From: Macrostomum lignano
Taxonomy: Eukaryota
DNA length: 64,000 nt
Direction: 5' to 3'
Assembly: GCA_002269645.1 (NCBI GenBank)
Contig: NIVC01002762.1
Coordinates: 1 to 64,000 of the forward strand
Made by a program: the position numbers and the translations under genes. Positions 10,401-21,848 of the stretch are shown piece by piece. Positions within the stretch are counted from its first letter, which is position 1. Every line of letters starts with the position of its first letter. The notes under the pieces are model-generated. The model had not been told where the DNA came from. It worked only from the letters and a program-made list of their open reading frames with translations, and searched no databases.

Positions 10401-13400
10401 GGAAAAATCGCCCCTAATCTACTGGGAAGAAGAAGAATCACCCTTAATCTACTGGGAAGAAGAAGAATCGCCCTTAATCTACTGGGAAAAATCGCCCCTA
10501 ATCTACTGGGAAGAAGAAGAATCGCCCCTAATCTACTGGGAAGAAGAAGAATCGCCCTTAATCTACTGGGAAGAAGAAGAATCGCCCTTAATCTACTGGG
10601 AAGAAGAAGAATCGCCCTTAATCTACTGGGAAGAAGAAGAATCGCCCCTAGTCTACTGGGAAGAAGTAGAATCGCCCGTAATCTACTGGGAAAAATTGCC
10701 CCTAATCTACTGGGAAGAAGTAGAATCGCCCGTAATCTACTGGGAAAAATCGCCCCTAATCTACTGGGAAGAAGTAGAATCGCCCGTAATCTACTGGGAA
10801 AAATCGCCCCTAATCTACTGGGAAGAAGAAGAATCGCCCGTAATCTACTGGGAAAAATCGCCCCTAATCTACTAGGAAGAAGAAGAATCGCCCGTAATCT
10901 ACTGGGAAGAATCGCCCCTAATCTACTGGGAAGAAGAAGAATCGCCCGTAATCTACTGGGAAAAATCGCCCCTAATCTACTAGGAAGAAGAAGAATCGCC
11001 CGTAATCTACTGGGAAGAATCGCCCCTAATCTACTGGGAAGAATCGCCCCTAATCTACTGGGAAGAACCGCCCCTAATCTTCATAGGTACACCTGCCTCC
11101 TAAACCAAAACACCTATCCTTCAGCGAACAAGAGCTAAACTTCAAAGACTCTCTAACCGACCTGCGTGAGAACAGCGGCGTTCAACAATTGGAGCAGCTC
11201 CGAGTTGAACTGCAAAATCGAAAGCGTCGTGAGCAGGAGCAGCAGAGGCTGTACGGTGAAAGCGACCAAGCTGTTAATGACATTCTCAGACAGGCCGAGG
11301 AAGCCAATGCCGAGGTTGACAGGCTGAAAAAGCAGCAAGTTGTCATGGAGACCAGCCTAGCTGATAATGCCCGCCGTATGGAAGAGATTGTTAGTAAAGA
11401 ACTACACGAAAGAGAGCGAGCAAACGAACTTGATGAAAGAATAAAACGCCTGATTAATGAGCATTTGACAGAGAGGCACCAGCTGCAGGAGAGAATTGGG
11501 TCAGTTTTTTTGCTTTTAAAAGACATTAGTTACAAATTCAATCAACGTATACTCAACAACAATAAATAGTCGCCACCTTTGAGAGTGCGCAGTAAATTCT
11601 AGCTCAGTATTGACTTTTGAGTGACGCAACTTGCGCCACGCGACGCGACGCAGAGCTGGGCTGGGTGAGGAGGGATTGGGAAGAGCGGAGGGCAAAGACT
11701 GGATGGATTGAAGCTTCCGCCCGGTTTTCATAGTTTTTTTCCAGCATTTTTAAAATCAAAATGGTTGACCAGGTGATAGACGCTGGTCGAAAGACACTGC
11801 CCACTGGGGCAAAGGGCGGCGACTTTTCAATGTTGCTGAGTATATTGAGCGATTTCCAACCTAGGGGGCGTACGCTTTTAGCTATTCTGCCCGTTGAAAA
11901 CGTTACCGTGACAAGAATCGCTAGGGTGATCGCCAACAGCCCAGTAGTGACGCTAGCGACTCTTCTGACTCTTTAACGACTCAAGCGACTGTAATGCAAC
12001 GATCACAGCGACTGTCGAGTCAAGCGCGCATCACGTGGGTTGTAGAATCGTAAAAAAGTCGTCCAAGAGTCGTGTTTAAGCGCCTAACTTTCTACTAACT
12101 CAAGTAGGCTAAATAGAGTTGTTATAAATGCGAGACACGATTTTAATTCATAAAATGATGCTGATGCGCTTTAGACTCAACTCAGTGACTACTCAGTGCT
12201 CGTAGAAGCGCCCCAGAGTCACTTGCATCGCCCCAGCGTCGTTTCTGAGTTGCAGATGATAAAACGTCTCAAATTGACTTTTAGGCGACTGTTTGACGAC
12301 TTTTTGGCAACTTGTACCGTGACATCTCGTCGTTTTAGAGTCTTCTAGAGTCACGATAGGAAAGTGAATCTGGGAAGCCTCTTAGGCCTAGGTACTGTTC
12401 TCATTGGGTTGTTACCTAGGCCAAGAGGCATCCCAGAGTTGTTTTAGAGTTGTTGCAGATGACATGGATAAAATAGGAAAGAAGTGACTTTAAACGACTT
12501 TGAAACGACGAGACGTCACGGTCACGTTACAAGTCGTCAAATAGTCGCTTGAGAGTCACTTTAAAGCGTTTTGTTTCCTGCGGCTCTGAAACGACTCTGG
12601 GGCCGTAAAGTCGTATTTGAGGCGTTCTAGAGTCATTGTAGAGCTTGATGAATTAGTCACATCTCTAGCGAAAATTAAGCGCTAACACGAGGATTCTTGG
12701 ACGAATCTTACGATTCTACAACTAACGTGACGCGCTCGTGACGCAAATGTCGCCTCTCCATCGCATTAGAGACGTATGAGTCGTTAAAAAGTCACAAAAT
12801 TTGCACCAGAGTCGCTAGTGTCACTAGATAGTTGTTTGAAATGACTTTAGTGGCTATTTGGGTGTATTTGGGTCCAAAACAGAGGCTATTCGGATGCCGT
12901 CACTACACTTATTTAGGTGATTTATCACATACCAACCAGCATTCCTCCATTCTCAATCTGCAGCCAATTAAAGACGGCCCATCGTGAGGAGCTGAAATCT
13001 CAGCTGGAGCAGCAATCCAAAGAGTCTGACCGCACAGTGAATGACATCATAGCTGCTGCCGAGTGCGACAAGCAGGCCATGCAGAAGGAGATCGGCGATC
13101 TGAAAGCGCGCCTAGCCAACGCCGAAGAGCTGCTCAGGCGTCGAACCGAGGAGCTCAACGCCTCAACGGATGCTGTATCAAATATGCAGCGATACTCGGA
13201 GAGTCTACAGGCTGAAAGGCAGGCCTTGAAACGACAACTGGCGGACTGTCAGAGCAAGTGCTCGGAAGCCGCTGATCAGGCGGTGCACTTTAGAAATCTG
13301 AGCGAGAGTAGGGCAAATAGGGTCAGGTGAGTTTTTTATTTATGCTAATCAGGTGTCTGTGGGTCTGGGCATAGATAGATAGATAGATAGATAGGTAGAT

Positions 13401-13419
13401 AGATAGATAGATAGATAGC

Positions 13420-13462
<43 letters not shown>

Positions 13463-14031
13463 GTAGATAGATAGATAGGTAGATAGATAGGTAGATAGAT
13501 AGGTAGATAGATAGGTAGATAGATAGATAGATAGGTAGATAGATAGATAGGTAGATAGATAGATAGATAGATAGATAGGTAGATAGATAGGTAGATAGAA
13601 AGATACGTGGATAGGTAGATAGATAGGTAGATAGATAGGTAGATAGATAGATAGATAGATAGAGACGAGCCAATTTTAGTATATAATTTGCACACACGTA
13701 CAAAACGCATTACAGAGAGCTGGAGAGTCAACTATCGAGTCTGCAGGTCGAGCACACCCAGTTGAGGACAAACTACAGCCAATTGGAGCACAGACTCACT
13801 GACAGCTTGGGTCAGGAGCAGACTTGGAAGCGTAAAGCTGATGAGGCGCAGGACACAATGGGCGAATACGCTCGGTCTATGGACAACTGTCGGCGAGCTT
13901 TCGAGCAGGAAGTTCGAGAAAAGGAGACTCTGAAGATGGAGCGCGATCAGCTGAAGAGGGAGCGGGATCAGCTGTTTGACCAGGTCAACCGGGTTCGATG
14001 CGCTTTTGAGCAGCAAAATGAGACCATGTAA
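4448..14031 (+). CDS. Long coiled-coil protein, ~628 aa, 8 coding exons, N-terminal acidic FEVI motif
   Basis: GT-AG exons 4448-4607, 7915-8126, 8509-8816, 9127-9195, 9271-9354, 11125-11499, 12964-13326 and 13716-14031 join in phase (1887 nt, no internal stop). The sequence is E/Q/R/L-rich and heptad-like. The 3' end is uncertain because ATG-TAA at 14026-14031 overlaps a possible GTAATT donor. Confidence 0.8.
5205..7258. mobile_element. Non-autonomous hAT-type DNA transposon (2054 bp) in intron 1
   Basis: TIRs TAGTGATGGA.../...TCCATCACTA. Perfect 8-bp TSD ATTTATAG at 5197-5204 and 7259-7266. Multiple subterminal TCCGAA/TTCGGA repeats at both ends. No transposase ORF. Confidence 0.92.
5315..5405 (+). 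pseudogene. 28S rRNA-derived fragment (H69-H71 region), copy 1, inside the hAT element
   Basis: GGTAAACGGCGGGAGTAGCTATGACTCTTTTAATTTACGAAAATGTCTCGTCATCTAATTAGTG versus the conserved eukaryotic 28S GGTAAACGGCGGGAGTAACTATGACTCTCTTAAGGTAGCCAAATGCCTCGTCATCTAATTAGTG (recalled). Confidence 0.85.
7270..7790. repeat. Degenerate ~32-bp minisatellite (GGGATCACTATCAGAATCCCAAGATT...), also at ~5080-5200, interrupted by the hAT insertion
   Basis: Repeated ATCACTATCAGAATCC / GATTGGGAATTT motifs on both sides of the hAT element. Confidence 0.7.
8241..8302 (-). pseudogene. 28S rRNA-derived fragment (H69-H71 region), copy 2, in intron 2, inverted relative to copy 1
   Basis: The reverse complement reads GGTAAACGGCAGGAGTAACTATGACTGTAAAGTTGAGGCTAAATGCCTCGTCACCTAATTAG. 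A downstream CATGAAGGATTAC resembles 28S CATGAATGGATTAAC. Confidence 0.85.
9401..11080. repeat. Intronic minisatellite, 24-30-bp units GGAAGAA(GAA)nTCGCCC(C/G/T)TAATCTACT
   Basis: About 60 tandem units that differ mainly in GAA triplet number. They fill intron 5 of the coiled-coil gene. Confidence 0.95.
11940..12875. mobile_element. Non-autonomous TIR element rich in GTCGC/GCGAC motifs (intron 6)
   Basis: TAGTGACGCTAGCGACTC (11945-11962) is inverted at 12809-12826. The interior is dense in GCGAC/GTCGC/GAGTC repeats. Ends and TSD are not clearly defined. Confidence 0.5.
13371..13662. repeat. (AGAT)n/(AGGT) microsatellite, intron 7
   Basis: Direct tetranucleotide repeat. Confidence 0.98.
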
Positions 14032-16422
14032 TTGCTTGGGTTTTACTAAACATTTCTTAAAACTACTTTCCTATCTAAAAGTCGGTAGAATTTATGAAAA
14101 AGTGTTATACAGTTTTCAAGTTTTTTGCACCTGATCCACGCTCTTTGATTGAACTCTACTCTATTTTTTTAGAAAACTACAACTTGTACATGTACATACA
14201 CGTTTTTTCGGCCGGTAATTGGGTCGGTTCCCCTGTTTTCATTTCTAAGAAATTCCCACGTCGATTCCACGCTGGTACTTTTACTTTAATTCTCTCATCA
14301 TTTTTAAAATACATACTGCATTCACTCTTTTCTTTGCTGTCAAATCTTTTTGTTTCTAGCGAAACATTCAATGCGCTCGTCCGTAAATGAAATTACCTTT
14401 GTTTGTTCTTGAATGATAAACATGTAAAGCAAGTCGAACCTTAAATTAAACCTTGAAAAGGTGCTCTGAACGGAAATATTTAAATAGAAATCGCGATTAT
14501 TATAAACTTTAACATTCGTACTGATCGCTTTTTCTGTTTCAACCGTCTTTGCTAACGTAATTTTTACATGGACGTGTACCCTAGTGAAAATTTTGATACG
14601 CATATATACCCGGTACATGTGAAGAAGTTATTTAACTTGAATAATCGACATAGCGTTGTTGAAGTCCTGGGAAAGGAATAAAAATGTTTTATTTTTTATT
14701 TATTTGTTGTTTTATTTGCCTTCTCTAAAACTACATGTACCGCTCTACAACCCGACATTTTCAAGACGTTTCATACAGAGACCCGTACTAGTATAGACAC
14801 GAATTGAATAAATTCACGATGTATTCGTGCTGGGTCTGAGAGTCACTTTTGGAGAATACTTTTATGGTTGACTGGCCTTAGGCAAAAAATTTCCATTGGA
14901 ATATTTAATATCTATTTTAGGAAGAAAATCTATTGTTTCCATAATCAAAATTGTGTTTTCATTGTCATGGATTTGGTCTGAACCGGCCTTCAAATTTTTT
15001 CTCTATTTTAACAAATTGAACATTTGAAACCGAGCAAACTGTAGATTATTCTGTAAAAACGAAATACGATTAGCTCTCTTTAATACTATTTACGTGTATT
15101 TAGCTTTTTATGTAGAGTAATACTTTAATTTATTTAGAAGGCAAATTTCTTTTCCAGAAACAACAGAAGTCAGCCCGCAAGTCTTGGTAGTGGTCAGGTG
15201 CAGGCGGGTAGCCAGGATTCACGTCAGGGGGGGGGGGCAGACACATCAATCCATCTCCGATGTTACCGATGGAAGCAGAATACAAAGGCAGTAAAAATTC
15301 CCCTTTCAAGGGGGACAATGGTCATGGACATGTCCGAGTAGGCCCTACCTGCGTGGCTGCATGGCTACCTGCGTGACTCGGTGAAAAGTCTGATTTTTTC
15401 TTCGCTGTTTTCTAATTGCATAGGCCTACAGGCTACATTTTATTGCTTACAGCAAAGAATTTTCAAAGTGAAATAGAAAGTGTGGGTTTATCTTTTATAA
15501 CTGTCTGTGGGACAAGGCCAGCCTACAAGGATGGACTCAGATCAGAATCTCGCCAGGCTACTCACTATTGCCTATGTAATTAGGGGGGGGGGGCTAACTG
15601 ATATATGTCAGAATGTCAAATAGATATCATATAATATATAAAAATATAATAATGCATTGGATTTTGAATGCTAAATGGGCAGTTAGGCTAGGGGTTGTCA
15701 GGTTGATGGTCATTTTGTTTGCTCTGCTACTAGTGCCAGTTTGTCTGCTAGGCCCTACTCTTTTTGTCTGCAAAAAATACTTGATAATACAGTAATTTTC
15801 TCTGTCACTAAATAATAAATACAATGTCAATGTTATGATATTAGAATGAAATAATAGGCCTAGTGTAGTGATAAGATAACGAAGTCATTTTATAATAATA
15901 GTGATCTAATGACAATATTGTTATTAGATATATTAGTGAATCTACATTTTGTCAAAAATAATTGTGCCTAATTAGACTTATTGTTTTTGGCAATATTCTT
16001 TATTGGTTTTATTCATAGGCCTATAAATTTTGAAGAAGAAACATTTTGTGGTTGATTTTTGATCAAAAAATTGTCTTTATTGTACATAATAATGTTAATA
16101 TAGGTCCTAATCTTACTTATTTGATATTTTATTTATATTGTTTGCTTTTTATATAGAGAACTTGCATTCATGGCAGCCATCTACCTAGTGTTTTAATTGT
16201 ATGCATACTAGCTGCATCTTATAAACAATATATCATATATTGTTCAAATTATTGGGAATTAATATTCAAATTAACAAAATTAGCAATTAATTAGGATTAT
16301 ATTGTATATGGGATAAAACAATTAACAAATTATTAAATAAGATTAAATTAATAGCAATACATAGATTTAAGGAAAAAGGTCCAATTTGCTATATTGCCTA
16401 TCTGCTAGCTACTATGCAATGT

Positions 16423-17507
16423 AATTAAAACACTAAGCAGATGGTTGCTATGCACACAATTAAAACACTAAGCAGATGGTTGCTATGCACACAATTAAAA
16501 CACTAAGCAGATGGTTGCTATGCACACAATTAAAACACTAAGCAGATGGTTGCTATGCACACAATTAAAACACTAAGCAGATGGTTGCTATGCACACAAT
16601 TAAAACACTAAGCAGATGGTTGCTATGCACACAATTAAAACACTAAGCAGATGGTTGCTATGTACACAATTAAAACACTAAGCAGATGGTTGCTATGCAC
16701 ACAATTAAAACACTAAGCAGATGGTTGCTATGCACACAATTAAAACACTAAGCAGATGGTTGCTATGCACACAATTAAAACACTAAGCAGATGGTTGCTA
16801 TGCACACAATTAAAACACTAAGCAGATGGTTGCTATGCACACAATTAAAACACTAGGCAGATGGTTGCTATGCACACAATTAAAACACTAGGTAGATGGT
16901 TGCTATGCACACAATTAAAACACTAGGTAGATGGTTGCTATGCACACAATTAAAACACTAGGTAGATGGTTGCTATGCATACAATTAAAACACTAGGTAG
17001 ATGGTTGCTATGCACACAATTAAAACACTAAGCAGATGGTTGCTATGCACACAATTAAAACACTAAGCAGATGGTTGCTATGCACACAATTAAAACACTA
17101 GGCAGATGGTTGCTATGCACACAATTAAAACACTAGGTAGATGGTTGCTATGCACACAATTAAAACACTAGGTAGATGGTTGCTATGCATACAATTAAAA
17201 CACTAGGTAGATGGTTGCTATGCACACAATTAAAACACTAAGCAGATGGTTGTTATGCACACAATTAAAACACTAGGCAGATGGCTGCTATGCACACAAT
17301 TAAAACACTAGGCAGATGGCTGCTATGCATACAATTAAAACACTAGGTAGATGGTTGCTATGCACACAATTAAAACACTAAGCAGATGGTTGCTATGCAC
17401 ACAATTAAAACACTAGGCAGATGGCTGCTATGCACACAATTAAAACACTAGGCAGATGGCTGCTATGCACACAATTAAAACACTAGGCAGATGGCTGCTA
17501 TGCATAC
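16423..17507. repeat. 35-bp tandem satellite AATTAAAACACTAAGCAGATGGTTGCTATGCACAC, ~31 copies
   Basis: Period 35. Variant units (GGCAG/GGTAG) cluster in the distal half. No spacers. Confidence 0.97.
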
Positions 17508-18964
17508 AAGTTCTGTTTTTATATGCACCCCAAAATTTAATATGCCAATTATATACATTGGTTGAGAGCCTGAGGCTTAGAACTTGGTCCCACCTACTGT
17601 CTTAGCAAGTTTATATGCCAAGCTATATACCAAGGGATATGTTATACTAGGCCCCATTTATATTCGAACAATATATGCTAGATTCTTTCATACATAGGAA
17701 TTTTCTAGATTAGATGTATTTATCTTTAATCTACTATCTTCAATCTAGTATATGCCAAAAACAATTGTATATATTTAGCCTATAATTGTATGTAATAATT
17801 GCAGATATAGTAGGTTTTAGCCTTTGTTCCTAGGTAGTCCCTAAAGATTAAGAAATAAATCTAGCACTTAGTATCTCTATTGTTGTGGCTAAAATTAATG
17901 AAATAATTTTGAATAAATTATAGCTTCTAATATCTCAACATGTTTATTCACAATAATATGTATTTTCTATATAAAAAATGAAAAAATTGAACTTGATAGG
18001 GTTGGGGGTGCATGCCCTGTGCACCTCCCTCCTCAATCTGCCATTGGTCTTAGCATTCCCCCCATTTGCCTATATATATGATATACATCTCCTAGCAATA
18101 CCCCTTATCAACCTTGACATCTTAGCAATTCCTCCTATAGGCTTTGACATCTTAGCAATTCCTCCTATAGGCTTTGACATCTTAGCAATTCCTCTATAAG
18201 TTTTTATATCTTAGCAATTCTCAAATAAATCTTATATGTTCAACAGGAAACTTATTTTATGTAAAGATGATTCATTTTTTATATGACTCTTCTAGTTTCA
18301 AATTAGCCTTAGTATAAATGGCTTAGAATAAAAAATAACAAAAAATTAGTTCCATATAAATGACCTGATATAACAAGAGATTTAGTATATAGGATTTAGA
18401 TTTACTATTGGCATGTGTTTTATATATAAAAGTATTATATGCAAAGAATTAGGTAAAAAGTTTTTTTAAATTAAATGAATTGTTGATTTCATAATGTAAA
18501 GAAGTTTTAATGCAATTTTGGCATTATAGCCATGCCATTATAGTTTATTACAGTTTGTTACTAATTGGTTTAAAATGGTCAGGATTTAATATAGCAAAAC
18601 TTCAATAAGGCTCTATGCATCTTACATATATTGACAACAAGCTGTTGAAACCCGCGGATTTTGAACCTGGGGGAATTCCAATCCCTGGAACTACTTTTGC
18701 ATGTATTCTTAAATCTAAGGCCATACACAAACAAAAACAAATACAAAAACAAAAACAAAAAAACAACATAGTTAGTAGGATAGAGGTAGACATAAAATGG
18801 ACAGATTCGTGTAAAATTAGGATTTGAGGCAAACATTGATATTGCTGACTGGGGTGCTGTGTAGAATGTCAGGCAATGTCTGTCTGACTCTAAAACATAT
18901 ATTGGCAAACTCTGGCCTCTCCCTGACTCTTCCTACGTCCTTTGGATCCTTTAAAATTTCTATC

Positions 18965-19496
18965 GTCTCTTCTGTTTCCTCAATTCTCTCTTGTCCCTCG
19001 TCTCTCCTCTCTCCTCTCTCCCCTCTTCTCTCGTATCTTCCCTCATCTCTCTTCTCTTTCATCTCTCTTATCTCACCTCTTGTCTCTTCTTTTCTCTCTC
19101 CTCTCTACTCTCGTATCTTCCCTCATCTCTCTTCTCTTTCATCTCTCTTATCTCACCTCTTGTCTCTTCTTTTCTCTCTCCTCTCCTCTCTCCTCTCTAC
19201 TTTTTCGTTTTCTCTCTCCTCTCCTCTCTCCTCTCTCCTCTCCCCCTCCTCCCCTCTTCTCTCTTCTCTTCCTTCTCCTCGTTCTCTCTATTCTTTTCTT
19301 TCTTCTCTTCACTCTCTCCTCTACTCTCTCATCTCTCCTCTTTCCTCTCTCTCTCCTCTCATTTCTTCTTTCCTCTCTCCTCTCTCCCCTCTTCTCTCGT
19401 CTCTTCCCTTACCTCTTTTCTCTCTCATCTTTTCTCTCTTATCTTTCCTTTCTCTTCTTTTATCTTTTCTCTCTTATCTCTTCTCATTTCTCTCTG

Positions 19497-19582
<86 letters not shown>

Positions 19583-19588
19583 TCTCTC

Positions 19589-19626
<38 letters not shown>

Positions 19627-20015
19627 GTCTTTCTCTCTTATCTCTCCTCCTCTCTCTACTCTCTCCCCTCTCCATTTTCCTCTCCTCTCTCCTCACTCAC
19701 TTCTCTACCTTTGTCTCTCCTCTCTCCTCTCCTCTCGTCTCTGTAATCTCTCCTCTGTTCTCTCTACTCTCTACTCTCCCATCTATCATCTGTTCACTCT
19801 CATCTCTGCTCTCTCCTCTCTACTCTTTCCTCTCTACTCGCTCATCTACTCTCGCCTCTTTACTCGCTCTTCTACTCTCTCCTCTCTACTTGCTCCTCTC
19901 TACTCTCTCCTCTTATCGTCCTCTCTCCCTCATCTCTCCTATTATCTTTTATCTTTTCTTTTATCCCCTCTGTCGCCTCTCCTCTCTTCGAATCGTCTAT
20001 TCTTTCTTCTTTCCA
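18965..20015. repeat. CT-rich low-complexity tract with a (CT)n core at ~19500-19620
   Basis: Almost pure pyrimidine on the + strand. Confidence 0.95.
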
Positions 20016-20569
20016 CTCTCATCTGCCCCTCAGCCATGAGCTGGATTCTTTATCTGGCCTTTGAGGTAAAAGTCTGCCCATCCCTGCTTGGAAAGCCAGT
20101 TTGTGGGACGTAGTACTCTCATGGTTGTTCTCATGCTTTGATCACGTCATCTTTCTTGCCAATTTGCAGCCCTGAAAGGAATTTGTGTATCTTCAGCTCC
20201 ACTGCAGTCTGCATCAGTCCAACAACCAAGGAAATACGCATTTCTTAGAAGGCAATTTATTATTTACACAGTACCTTTAAAAGAAACCAAAAATTTCCAT
20301 GGTGTGCCTAATTTAGTAGGGTTGTATTGCATTGCATCGCATCGCCTTTTCATAAATATTTCGCTTTTACAAACCATGCTGGATAGTGGATTCCCTCGAT
20401 TTGCCAATTGCCAATTGCCATCCACTGTTAAACTGCTGCAGAGTTTGCCAATACAGAGGGGAGGGCAGTGGTTAGAATTTCTCACTAAACTGTTATGGCT
20501 AAACGTAGCCTCTCAGAGAAGGTTATAAATAAAGTTATTCCAAAACACTGTACATTTGCTATGTACATT

Positions 20570-21233
20570 CAGTCCTATCGCCTGACCCTTCGTCTGGCTC
20601 TGGGGGAATGAGTGAGTGAGTGGCACAAACAACAGAAAAAGCAGACAAACTTCACATGCTTACAGTTTCTTTTTCGGTTGAGTTACAGAGTTGAAACTTT
20701 ACATTTCGACAGAGAATGGGTCAATGAAGAATTGTGTCAAGTTTGAAGTCAATCGCTTTATGTGGAGCAAACTTATGGCAGCTGAAAGTTAGTCAATTTT
20801 GAAACCCTTTTACACATCTGGGCCCAGATCGGGAGAGGCAGGCGGGCGGAGGTTGGGGTGGTTGCTACGCTGAAAAAAACAGCCTAACTTTAAAGGTGCA
20901 CAGCACCGCTCAGGATTAACTTTTGAGACTCGAAATTTTACATGATTGTGCCAAAATAGTTTAAGATTATCTGTGTCAAATTTGAAGAGAATCGGTAGAA
21001 GTGGAGCGGTGCTATGGAGGATTTAATGAAAAAAATGCGCATTTTGAGCAGTTTTTTGCACTTTTAGGTTGGAAGACTTGAGTCTAGGAAATTTAAAGGT
21101 AGCCTAAGACATTCTCCGTAGTGCGTTTAGGGTGGGTGTAAAGTTTGGTGTCATTTGGTTGAGCGGTTTGGGAGTCCATAGCGAAGTAATTTGTCCACAG
21201 ACAGACAGAGTTTTGATTTTTATAGGTAGAGAT
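20570..21233 (+). mobile_element. Probable non-autonomous Helitron/HINE-like repeat
   Basis: Repeated TCAA(A/G)TTTGAAG..AATCG motifs and a 3' end CAGACAGACAGAGTTTTGATTTTTATAGGTAGAGAT, similar to ends at ~55010 and ~58915/59040. Classification is by resemblance only and the 5' boundary is uncertain. Confidence 0.4.
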
Positions 21234-21848
21234 AAGGTATATTTTTGTTTTTTATGTCAATATTTAAAAATAAAAAATTTAAACATAAATATAAGAAAGG
21301 CCAATGTACTTAGTTATGATTGTTTGTTTGTTTAATCAATAAAATTAACTAGACATTTGTGTTGTAGATATATACATCTATTATCTATATGAAAATTATA
21401 TAAATGATAGTGTCTTGCTATGCCAAGTAACATAGTAGAGTATGAGTCAGATTAGAATTGCATATGTGGTCCTAAACTGAGCCTTTAATACCTTGTACAT
21501 TGGACAATTTGTCTCCTGTATTAAATAGGTATTATCTGGTCAAAATATGTTATTATATAAAATGTCTTTTATAGATAAAGTGACTTTAGGAGCTTAAAGT
21601 GTAAGGTAAAATATCCTATACCTTTTCATTCTATTTTAACTTAGCCTAAGTTTTAATTGTTAAAGTGTTTTGTTTAACTATGATTTAAAAATTACACATA
21701 AGCTACTAATATAGACAGTCAATTCCATTAAAGTTGCAAATGTTTATTTTAATTACTTGAAGCTTTTTTTGAAATGTATGATTAAATTTTGTTTAATCTA
21801 TTGGAAACAAAAAACAACAAATTTCAGAGTATCTATTCTAGACTAATT

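Noticed and set aside
9762-11138. 458-aa ORF and similar long ORFs over repeats (18824-20113, 22880-23588, 34851-35318, 36668-37422, 60349-61119, 61568-62260)
   Set aside because: Products of stop-free tandem units. The 9762 ORF is out of frame with the flanking exons and lies within a GT-AG intron.
15158-15340. Extra terminal exon or zinc finger for the coiled-coil gene
   Set aside because: An acceptor and open frame exist, but the translation is uninformative, depends on an 11-G homopolymer, and gives no zinc-finger pattern in the spliced frame.
18600-20250. Minus-strand exon-like patches around the CT tract
   Set aside because: Could not be joined in phase, and the best frames contain several stops. 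Possibly a decayed element.
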